From the NCBI GenBank assembly GCA_049513815.1, contig JBEKVR010000005.1, forward strand, positions 1,313-65,312: a stretch of DNA of 64,000 nt. The letters run 5' to 3'. Both the position numbers and the translations under genes were made by a program. Shown in pieces: positions 41,004 to 48,831 of this stretch (positions are counted from its first letter, which is position 1; every line of letters begins with the position of its first letter). The stretch comes from Roseiarcus sp. (lineage in GTDB: Bacteria > Pseudomonadota > Alphaproteobacteria > Rhizobiales > Beijerinckiaceae). The notes below the pieces were generated by a model that saw nothing but the letters and a program-made list of their open reading frames with translations, was not told the origin of the DNA and made no database searches.

Positions 41004-42401
41004 ATGACAATGACCACGGATGGCGCAGCCTCCCCGCCCCCATTGACGGCGCTCGACCGGCTGGAGCGCGGACTCGCCGCCGCCGCCAAGACCATCCCGC
41101 TGACCGCCGTCAGCGGCGTGGTGACCGAGATCGCCATGTCTCACTACCGGGTGGCGGGCCTGTCGCGCTTCCTGCGCCTGGGCGAATGCGTGCGGGTCGA
41201 CATCGGCGACCGCTTCCAGCTTGGCGAGGTGGTGCGGATCGACGATCAAACCGTGACCCTCAAGCCGTTCGATTCCCGTTGCGACGCGGCGATCGGCGCG
41301 CGCGCCTATCGCGCCGAGGCGCTGTCGCTCGCCCCCTGCCCGGCATGGAAGGGCCGGGCGATCGACGCGCTCGGCCAGCCGATCGACGGCGCTGGGGAAC
41401 TGCCGGTCGGCGACCGCGTGATGCCGATCGACGCCGAGCCGCCGCCGGCGCTCAGGCGGACCCGGCTGCGCAAGCCGATCAAGTCGGGCATCCGCGTCGT
41501 CGACTTCTTCACCCCCCTATGCGCCGGACAACGCATCGGGATCTTCGCCGGTTCGGGCGTGGGCAAGTCGACGATGCTGGCGATGCTTGCCCGAGCGCCG
41601 GATTTCGACACCGTGGTGATCGCGCTGGTCGGCGAACGCGGCCGCGAGGTGCGCGAATTCCTCGACGACGCGCTCGAGGGCAACCGCCAGACGGCGATCG
41701 CCGTGGTCTCGACCGGCGACGAGAGCCCGATGATGCGCCGCCTGGCGCCGCGCACGGCGATGGCGGTCGCCGAATATTTCCGCGATCGCGGCGACCAGGT
41801 GCTGCTGATCGTCGACTCGGTCACCCGCTTCGCCCACGCCGCCCGCGACGTCGCGCTGGCGGCGGGCGAGCCGGCGGTGGCGCGCGGCTACGCGCCGAGC
41901 GTGTTCTCCGACCTGCCGCGCCTGCTCGAACGGGCCGGTCCCGGCCTCGAAGACTCGGGCTCGATCACCGGCGTCTTTTCAGTGCTGGTCGACGGCGACG
42001 ACCACAACGACCCCGTCGCCGACAGCATTCGCGGCACGCTCGACGGCCATATCGTGCTCGACCGGGCGATCGCCGACCAGGGCCGCTTCCCCGCCGTCGA
42101 CATCCTCGCCTCGGTCTCGCGCATCCCCAACCCGACCTGGTCGCCGGAGCAGCGCAAGCTGGTGACCCGGCTGCGCGCGCTCATCTCCCGCTTCGAGGAG
42201 ACCCGCGATCTCAGGCTGATGGGCGGCTTCACGCCCGGCGCCGACCCGCTGCTCGACCAGGCGGTCAAGTCGGTGCCGCGCATCTACGAGGCGATGAGCC
42301 AGACGCTCGCTTCGCCGCCCTGCGAGGACCCCTTCATCGAACTCGCCGCCGCCTTGCGCGGCGACGTCAAGGACGAAAGCGCCGAGCCGCTCGTCGGCTG
42401 A
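41004..42401 (+). CDS. fliI: Flagellar export ATPase FliI
   Basis: GQRIGIFAGSGVGKST, LVGERGREVREF, DSVTRFAHA, LDGHIVLDR. Confidence 0.97.
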   Translation: MTMTTDGAASPPPLTALDRLERGLAAAAKTIPLTAVSGVVTEIAMSHYRVAGLSRFLRLGECVRVDIGDRFQLGEVVRIDDQTVTLKPFDSRCDAAIGARAYRAEALSLAPCPAWKGRAIDALGQPIDGAGELPVGDRVMPIDAEPPPALRRTRLRKPIKSGIRVVDFFTPLCAGQRIGIFAGSGVGKSTMLAMLARAPDFDTVVIALVGERGREVREFLDDALEGNRQTAIAVVSTGDESPMMRRLAPRTAMAVAEYFRDRGDQVLLIVDSVTRFAHAARDVALAAGEPAVARGYAPSVFSDLPRLLERAGPGLEDSGSITGVFSVLVDGDDHNDPVADSIRGTLDGHIVLDRAIADQGRFPAVDILASVSRIPNPTWSPEQRKLVTRLRALISRFEETRDLRLMGGFTPGADPLLDQAVKSVPRIYEAMSQTLASPPCEDPFIELAAALRGDVKDESAEPLVG

Positions 42402-42419
42402 GCGCGGCAAATCGAAAGC

Positions 42420-43058
42420 GTGCGCATGAAACTCGCCGGACTGTTCGTTCCCCGCTTCGCCGCCAACGCCCTTGCGGCGCGCTCGCCCGTCGATATCGCG
42501 CTGTTCGGCTTCGGCGTGACGAGCGCTGCGGCCTCGGTGGTGTTCGCCGCCGTGATGTTCACTCGCGCCGGCGACGCGCCGATGGTCAACGGCATGCAGT
42601 ATCTGTCGGTATTCGCCCAGCCGCACCGGCACATCGCGGTTGTCGCTTCCGTCGAGCCTGCGCCCGCGCGCGCCGCCGCTCCGGCCCCCATTGCGACCAA
42701 GGTCGCCGACTCGAAGACCGCGGCGCCAGCGCGCGCCGATCCGCGTCAATCGATCGACATGTCGCCGACCGGTTCGATTGTCCGCGGCGGCGACGACGCG
42801 CCCGCGGACGCCGATCCCTACCGCCTCGTCGCGGTCGAACCGGGCATGGCGTGGTTGCGCAACAGCGTCGAGACGCGGGTGATCAAAACGGGCGATTTCG
42901 CCCCGGGGCTCGGGCGCGTCGCCGCGATCGTCGAGCGCCAGGGACGTTGGACGCTGCTCGACGAATCCGGCGCCGTCCTGCTCGCCGCAGACCCGCTTGC
43001 CTCCCCCGGCGCCGCGGTCAACCCGTTCTCGCGACGGATGATCTTCGGCGGCGACTGA
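42420..43058 (+). CDS. Conserved membrane-anchored flagellar-cluster protein downstream of fliI
   Basis: Single TM, ID..PTGSI motif, YRLV.V..G.AWL, G..APGLGRV..I..RQGRW. Confidence 0.65.
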   Translation: MRMKLAGLFVPRFAANALAARSPVDIALFGFGVTSAAASVVFAAVMFTRAGDAPMVNGMQYLSVFAQPHRHIAVVASVEPAPARAAAPAPIATKVADSKTAAPARADPRQSIDMSPTGSIVRGGDDAPADADPYRLVAVEPGMAWLRNSVETRVIKTGDFAPGLGRVAAIVERQGRWTLLDESGAVLLAADPLASPGAAVNPFSRRMIFGGD

Positions 43059-43181
43059 GCCTCCGCCGCGCGCCGTGCGACGACGACCGGCGCGGCCGGC
43101 AAGTCGGTTACGCGGGCGGGCGATTTCAACGGCTTGGGCGCCATTTTGCGCGCGGCGCGCAGGCCGGCGCGGACACGACGC

Positions 43182-43317
43182 GACGGCCGCCCGCCCGGCT
43201 CGCCCGCCTTCCTCGACCGCGTCGCGGCGCTGATCGGCCGCGACCCGCGCCCGCGAAAGCGCGGACGCGACTCGGCGAAAGAGGGAATTATGCAGGCGGC
43301 GCCGCGGTCGTAATTCC
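43182..43317 (+). mobile_element. C-terminal remnant of a REP-associated tyrosine transposase (RAYT/Y1)-like gene with terminal inverted repeat
   Basis: Reads GRPPGSPAFLDRVAALIGRDPRPRKRGR, resembling recalled RAYT C-termini; followed by GGAATTA...TAATTCC. Confidence 0.55.
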
Positions 43318-43345
43318 GTAGTTCCATGACGAGGACAGCGGGCGG

Positions 43346-43470
43346 AAGCGAAACGAAGCGAAGCCAAACGAAGCTTCGGCGAAACGAAGCGAAGCCCAAA
43401 CGAAACGGCCGGCTTCGTTTCGGCCCGCGTAAGTCGTTGATCTGCATACGCAAGCGAAACCGCCCGCTTC
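43346..43470. repeat. CGAA(A/G) pentamer-rich degenerate repeat element
   Basis: GAAGCGAAACGAAGCGAAGCCAAACGAAGCTTCGGCGAAACGAAGCGAAGCCCAAACGAAAC, a duplicated ~31-nt unit, then CGTAAGTCGTTGAT. Confidence 0.7.
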
Positions 43471-43708
43471 GCCTCCTCCTATCTTTCCAATGCGTTGAAC
43501 CCGCTTCGCAGCGTGAGAACGCCGCCGCGCCGCCGGCCGACCCGACCGCTCTGGGCGCGACAAACTATGATACCGACCATTCCGATTTTCAGGAAGAAAT
43601 TGTCGCGGCGACAGCATGCGTGAATCTACGCGCTTTGCGCCATTGTCATCCCGCAAGCTGGGTGACGCGCGACACGCAAGGCGTTTCCGAGGATCGCACG
43701 ACAAATTC

Positions 43709-43737
43709 TTGACGTGAACAAACAGCGAACATAACAT
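43709..43737 (+). promoter_or_regulatory. Sigma70 promoter with an alphaproteobacterial LexA (SOS) box in the spacer
   Basis: TTGACG(43709-14), 17 bp, TAACAT(43732-37); GAAC-aaacagc-GAAC at 43716-43730. Confidence 0.8.
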
Positions 43738-43765
43738 GAGTGCATCAGGCAGGAAGAGGCCATCC

Positions 43766-44533
43766 ATGCAGTTCGCGCGGCATTTCCGTTTAAGCGAAGC
43801 GGCGGGACGCGGCGTCCGCTGCGATGAAAGCGGTCTCTATGTCGGCGCGACGCCGCTGCTCGAACGCAAAGCGAGCCCTGGCGGCCGCTCCGGCTGGCGA
43901 CCGCGACCGCTCGCCGACCTCGACCGAGAACTCGGTGAGGTCTACCGCAAGCGAGTTACGTTCGCCGGGAAGCTTCCCGGCTTGACGACCATCGCTAGCG
44001 CACTTGATCGCGGCGAGATCGCTCGCGCGCAAATCGCTGCGGTGCTGCTCGGGCTTCCCGATCCAATGGAGGCCTCCGCATTGAAATCGATCCCGGATCA
44101 GGCGCGCAATCTCACGTCTGAATTGAAGCGAGCGGGCATCCTCGCCGCCTCGGTTGGCAACGACGAAAGAGAGTCGAGCCAAATGGGAAAGTTCAATCCC
44201 TACCATGACGAAGACGGGCGATTCACGGACGCCGCGCGCGCGGTCGCAGCGTCGAGCGCGGGCGCTACAGTCGGTGCGCGTGGCTCCGTTGTCGCTGGCG
44301 CGCCTTCGCACACAAATCAGAGCGCTTCGCAAGATTCTAGCGAACCGGCCGTCGCAACGACGCGCATCGCGACGGCGCCACGGCTTACCTGTCTGGACGC
44401 GTTCAGGGCATGTGTCCAGGACGCCATTTTCGTCAGCGGAAGATCGACTTCAGGCTGCACGGCGGCCTTGGCGACATGCAAGTCGACCGGCCTCCCGACG
44501 ATTTTTCCACCTGGAATCTTGGGTCAACGGTAG
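43766..44533 (+). CDS. Hypothetical polymorphic-toxin-like protein (N-domain, FNPYHDEDGRFT motif, Cys-rich tip)
   Basis: AGGAAGAGG SD at 43751-59 supports ATG 43766 (ATG 43736 overlaps the -10); 255 aa. Confidence 0.7.
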   Translation: MQFARHFRLSEAAGRGVRCDESGLYVGATPLLERKASPGGRSGWRPRPLADLDRELGEVYRKRVTFAGKLPGLTTIASALDRGEIARAQIAAVLLGLPDPMEASALKSIPDQARNLTSELKRAGILAASVGNDERESSQMGKFNPYHDEDGRFTDAARAVAASSAGATVGARGSVVAGAPSHTNQSASQDSSEPAVATTRIATAPRLTCLDAFRACVQDAIFVSGRSTSGCTAALATCKSTGLPTIFPPGILGQR

Positions 44534-44542
44534 GGGGCTGAC

Positions 44543-44887
44543 ATGAGCGATGAGGCAAGCGACACCCTACGCGAAGCGATCGATCGCGTGGCGATCGACT
44601 ACCACAACGAGGACTACGAAGGCTGCCTTCGCAGGTGCTCGGCGCTGTTGTTCGACGATGAACAATCGCTCACCGAACGGGTGAAGGCGTCGCTCTACGT
44701 CTTCATGCGCGAATGCTGCGCGTTCCTGCTCGAGCGCGTTGCGAGTCCGCCGTCCAGCCAACAGAGTTGCTCATTCTGCGGGAGGTCGCCGCCGGAAGTG
44801 CGGCTCGGCGCCGGGCCGTCGGCTTTCATCTGTGACGGATGCATCGACCTTTTCGCACATCATTTCGAGGAAGCGGCGCCGTCATAA
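44543..44887 (+). CDS. Small protein with a C-terminal ClpX-type C4 zinc finger
   Basis: CSFCGRSPPEVRLGAGPSAFICDGCIDLF; AGGGGG SD; starts 9 bp after the upstream stop. Confidence 0.8.
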   Translation: MSDEASDTLREAIDRVAIDYHNEDYEGCLRRCSALLFDDEQSLTERVKASLYVFMRECCAFLLERVASPPSSQQSCSFCGRSPPEVRLGAGPSAFICDGCIDLFAHHFEEAAPS

Positions 44888-44956
44888 TCAGAGTGCTGAA
44901 TCCACGATCGCATGAATCCATCGCGAGGATCGCGAGAAATAGATTGCTCGAGATCG

Positions 44957-45651
44957 TCATTGCATATGGCTCCAGAAATCGCCGTCGGTTAACCGCCGCT
45001 CAAATGGGATATCCTGGAGAAATTTCTCCGTCGGAGGAACAATCCAACGCGCGGGATTTCCGCCCACCAACCACGGCGCGCTTTTCTCGATTCCAGTCGT
45101 CACCGCATCCGAGGTGATCGCGATGGTCGCCTTTGAGAATCTCACTCCGGGGCCGAAACTCGTATCGAGACGCTCGGGGTCGACAAGCTCGACGCTCGTG
45201 GGACCGTTGATGTCGCGAAAGCGCACCATCATCGGCGTGTGGGCAGCGTCAAACGTCGCTGTCTCGCGGCTGGCGGCGATGCGATCGAACGCCGCTGCCG
45301 TCAGTCCGACTGGATCAAATAGATTTCGATGCGCATATTCGAAGAGACCCCATGGAGAATCGCTCACACGCGGGCGACCTGGTCGTTGGTCAGCAATACG
45401 AAAAGCAGCCCCTTGTCGCCGAGGTCAACGACCACGGCCTCGCCTTTGACGCCGCAATTGAGCGCGGCCCCCATCCGGATGACGCCGTCGTTGAATACGC
45501 AATCCTCTTCCTGCACGGCCGATCCGCTCACCATTCGTCCGTTGTCCTCGACCTCGACGGTGAAGCGATAGCGCGCCGCGCGCGGCCACGACCCGCAGCC
45601 GGCGACGGCAAGCGCGAGCGCCAGAGCAAGTGCGCTCCTCGCTATTTTCAT
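44957..45651 (-). pseudogene. Predicted lipoprotein of a conserved alphaproteobacterial hypothetical family, split by a frameshift near 45365
   Basis: Lipobox VAGC, RYRFTVEVE..G...SGSAV, GEAVVVDLG.KGLLFVLL in one frame; PMMVRFRDINGPTSVELVDP...SFGPGV...ITSDAVTTGIEK..PWL in the next. Confidence 0.65.
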
Positions 45652-45936
45652 GCTTCCGAACCTTCTGGTTGCCCTTCGTGCTTCAGCATTTCGGCCAGCG
45701 TCTCCACCCGCGCGCCCACGGTGACGCCAGCATAATTCCCCTTTTCGGCTGCGGCGAGCCGCGCCTCGAACGCGCCCATGCAAGTCGATTGAATGGGGAA
45801 TTATGCATATGTCCATGGACTCTCCGTAATCTGCAATCCGCGCGTCCGCCTGACCCGGGCTCGCCGTCAAGCCCGAGCGCGCTTACGCGCGTCGCCTTCG
45901 GCGAGGCTTGACCGCTCAAGCGCGGATCAGGCCGTG

Positions 45937-46006
45937 GGCTCCCAAGGCCTCGACGCACGAAACCGGCGCGTCGCGCCGGTTTTCGGCGTCGAAGGCCTTG
46001 GGAGCC
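45937..46006. repeat. 70-bp near-perfect hairpin
   Basis: GGCTCCCAAGGCC-TCGACGC-A-CGAAACCGGCGC / GCGCCGGTTTTCG-GCGTCGA-A-GGCCTTGGGAGCC. Confidence 0.85.
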
Positions 46007-46156
46007 AAACACCCTATCGCGTCGGCGCGGTCATCGCGAAGCGGCCGGAGCGAAGCGAAGGAGCGCCGAAGGCGCTTGACGACGACGGCGCGATGGGGCC
46101 GGCGAGCAGGCTTAAGGGATTGAATGAACTGTCGCCGCAATTTCGGTTTGCGCGGA

Positions 46157-46271
46157 CCTCATCGTGAGCCGCCCGCGCGTCAGCGAGGGCCGCGAAGGGT
46201 GGCCCAGGAAGCGCGCTAACCCGCGCTCTGGAGCGTCGTTCGAGGCCGCTTCGCGGCGCCTCATGACGAGG
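46157..46271. repeat. Degenerate REP-like doublet, family D (CCTCATCGTGAG...CCTCATGACGAGG)
   Basis: Inverted termini; internal TTCGAGGCCGCTTCGCGGCGCC hairpin resembles recalled rhizobial repeats. Confidence 0.6.
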
Positions 46272-46346
46272 GATGCGGGCGGCGAGCGACTCCGCCAATT
46301 CGTCGTGCGCTAGAGCATGTTGTTTTTGGGTTGAACCACTCTCCGC

Positions 46347-46463
46347 CGTCATGGCCGGGCTTGACCCGGCCATCCAGATCGTGTCGGTCGAAAGGACGCT
46401 GCTGCGGCGACCTTCCGCGCGGAGCGTCGCGCTTGGATGGCCGGGTCAAGCCCGGCCATGACG
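46347..46463. repeat. REP-like doublet, family A, copy 2
   Basis: Arms identical to those at 1419-1530, different spacer. Confidence 0.9.
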
Positions 46464-46495
46464 CAATTGGCGATTCCAATCAATTTCAATTCGCC

Positions 46496-46969
46496 CTACC
46501 CCCGGCGGCGCGGCGCCGCGAGCGCCGCTTCGGCGCGATCGAGCAGCATGTTGGCGATCGCCACCCGGCGATTGGCGAGCTCGCGCGGCGCGTCGCGCCG
46601 ACGATCGGGATGGTTGGCCCACATGAAGCGCCGCCGCACACGGCTGAGCTCGGCCAGCGTCGGCGCGTCGCCCAAGTCCAATTCAGCGGCGATGGCGTCG
46701 GGATCGTCCGTCAACGGCGCGGCCGGTTCGACGCGCGGCGCAGCCGGCTCGACCGGCGGCGGCTCGCCCGCCGCTTCGACCCAGGCCAGAGCCTGGTCCC
46801 AGGCGCTCGTCGGGCTGTCCGCCGTTTCGGCAGGCGGATCGACGGCGGCGAAAGGATAGCCGAGCGGCCGGGCGATCCGGTCGGGATCGCCGCCGCCGCT
46901 TTCGACCTCGGCGAGAACGCTGCCGAAGCTTGTCGGCGCGCGTTTGCGCGCGCGCGGCGGAGCGCTCAC
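46496..46969 (-). CDS. Small protein with a C-terminal J-domain-like HPD motif
   Basis: TLAELSRVRRRFMWANHPDR...IAN.LLDRA; GTGA-coupled to the GGDEF gene. Confidence 0.7.
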   Translation of the reverse strand: MSAPPRARKRAPTSFGSVLAEVESGGGDPDRIARPLGYPFAAVDPPAETADSPTSAWDQALAWVEAAGEPPPVEPAAPRVEPAAPLTDDPDAIAAELDLGDAPTLAELSRVRRRFMWANHPDRRRDAPRELANRRVAIANMLLDRAEAALAAPRRRG

Positions 46970-47973
46970 GACGCCGACTCGTTCGCGGCGGACTCGCTTG
47001 CGTCGACCATGACCCGGTTGCGGCCGTTTGCCTTGGCTTCATAGAGCTTGGCGTCGACGCGACGCAGCAACTCGTCGGCCGACTCGCCGTCGCGCAGGCG
47101 CGCGACGCCGAACGAAGCGGTGACCGCGCCGAGGCGCTCGCCGCTGGCCGCCACCGCCCAGCGCTTCGCCTCGAGCTGCTTCTGGATCTGGTTGACGATC
47201 GAGGTCGCATCGGAAATGTCGGCGTCCGGGAACAGGATGGCGAATTCCTCGCCGCCGAAGCGGGCGACCTTGTCGTCGCCTTTGATGTTGGCGTTCAGCA
47301 GATCGGCGAAGCGCTTGAGGACCACGTCGCCGGCCATATGGCCGAACTTGTCGTTGATCGCCTTGAAATGATCGATGTCGGCGAGACCGACGCAGAGCGT
47401 CTTGTCCTCTTCGCGCGCGCGCTCGACCTCCTCGTTCAGCGCAGCGTCGAAGTAGCGGCGGTTGCCGAGCCCGGTCAACGAGTCGCGGCTGCCGATTTCC
47501 TCCGCCTTATTGAGGCTCGAGCGCAGCCGCATGATCTGGAAGCGCGACTGTTCGAGTTTCTCCGTTAGCCCGTTGACTTTGTGCTGCATCGCACGGTTGT
47601 CGTTGATCAGGGTGAGAACGATCTCGTTGATCGTGTCATAGGAGCCGACGCGCGCCAGCTTGCGGTTGGCGCCGGCGAGCGACTCGCTGAATTTTGCTCC
47701 CTCGGCGGCCTGGTCGCGAATGTTGGTGAGGACGGCGGCGAGCGCCGCGTCGGCGCGCCGTTCGAACTCCGCCGCCGCCGCGTCGCCATTCTCACGGACG
47801 GTCGGCCCCGCGCCGACGACGATGGCGAGAACGCCGACGCCGATCAGGCCGAGCAGATAGACTTCGGTCAACGGGTCGCTGCGGGCGCGCGACGCGCTCA
47901 ACGCGCCGAGCGCGATGAAGACGATCACGCCGATGAAGTGGAGCGCGCTCCTCAGGTTCGGGCGTAGGCTCAT
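46966..47973 (-). CDS. Membrane-anchored diguanylate cyclase (GGDEF)
   Basis: Two TM, coiled coil, DSLTGLGNRR, DIDHFKAINDKFGH, RFGGEEF, LYEAKANGRNRV. Confidence 0.93.
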   Translation of the reverse strand: MSLRPNLRSALHFIGVIVFIALGALSASRARSDPLTEVYLLGLIGVGVLAIVVGAGPTVRENGDAAAAEFERRADAALAAVLTNIRDQAAEGAKFSESLAGANRKLARVGSYDTINEIVLTLINDNRAMQHKVNGLTEKLEQSRFQIMRLRSSLNKAEEIGSRDSLTGLGNRRYFDAALNEEVERAREEDKTLCVGLADIDHFKAINDKFGHMAGDVVLKRFADLLNANIKGDDKVARFGGEEFAILFPDADISDATSIVNQIQKQLEAKRWAVAASGERLGAVTASFGVARLRDGESADELLRRVDAKLYEAKANGRNRVMVDASESAANESAS

Positions 47974-48195
47974 GGCGTCTCCGATCGCGGTCGGCCGCCG
48001 CGATGCTAAAGCCGAAGGACAAACAAAGCCGGCAAGCCGACGCGACCCCCGCGCTTGTGCGCCATCGCAAACGACGGCATCGCGGCGGCGGCGATCCTTG
48101 CCGCTCGCCCGCGCGGTTCAGACTGACACCACGTGAGGCTGGCGGATATTGTTTACCAATTTCTTTAACCCCAAGCAGCAGCCGTTACATGGCCG

Positions 48196-48831
48196 TCACT
48201 TGCAGAACGCGCGGGCGCGCGGCGTCCATTCGCCCATGCCGCTCGCCACCATGTTGCCAATGACGTTGCAGACATAGGTTTTCTGCGCCTCCGGGTTGTC
48301 GGGGCCGGCGTTGTAGCGCGCCACCGCCAGCGTCCAGTTGCCCTCCTGGGCCCTGAGCGTCTTGAGGAAACCGGCTGCGTAATCGACGTTGCGAGCGGGA
48401 TCGAACATTTCGGCCAGCGAACCGAAATGCGACGCGTGCCAGTGATGGTTGATCTGCATGCAGCCGACGTCGATCAGCTTCGCGCCGCGTGCGCGTTCGG
48501 CGGCGAAGCGTTGCAGCGCCTCCTCGAGGCTGGCCGAATGAACGGCGCGCCCGTCGACGTTCATGTCCCACGGGCTCAAAGCGCCGGCGTGGCCGGTTTC
48601 GGTCAGACCGACCGAATAGAGGATATTGAGCGGAATGCCGTTTTCACGCGCGGCGCGCGCCATTTCCTGCTCGCAAAGCTCGCCGGTCTCGGCGCGCGCG
48701 ACGACGGCGCTAGACAGTAAGATCGCCAACGCTACGACGAGCGGAAGCGCTCTGCCGCCGCCAGGCGTCCGCCGCGCCGTCGCGCTGCGAGGTCGACTGC
48801 CCGCCGGCGGGCGAATCGCGGTTGGCTCCAT
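48196..48831 (-). CDS. Flagellar lytic transglycosylase (SLT/SltF-like)
   Basis: LYSVGLTETG, IDVGCMQINHHWH, FDPARNVDYAA.FL, AVARYNAG; start uncertain, overlaps the fliK end. Confidence 0.88.
   Translation of the reverse strand: MEPTAIRPPAGSRPRSATARRTPGGGRALPLVVALAILLSSAVVARAETGELCEQEMARAARENGIPLNILYSVGLTETGHAGALSPWDMNVDGRAVHSASLEEALQRFAAERARGAKLIDVGCMQINHHWHASHFGSLAEMFDPARNVDYAAGFLKTLRAQEGNWTLAVARYNAGPDNPEAQKTYVCNVIGNMVASGMGEWTPRARAFCK

Noticed and set aside
20623-42401. Non-flagellar injectisome T3SS
   Set aside because: Export genes are embedded among rod, ring, hook, stator and flagellin genes; no secretin or needle
43346-43470. Possible CRISPR array
   Set aside because: Only a duplicated low-complexity unit; no unique spacers and no cas genes
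43736-43765. ORF-track start ATG 43736 for the toxin-like gene
   Set aside because: Overlaps the -10 element; the SD supports ATG 43766
43059-46495. Prophage or integrative element
   Set aside because: No integrase, att duplication, tRNA or phage structural genes seen
48153-48168. CtrA box upstream of the GGDEF gene (TTAC-N8-TTAA)
   Set aside because: Wrong spacing plus a mismatch; at best a half-site
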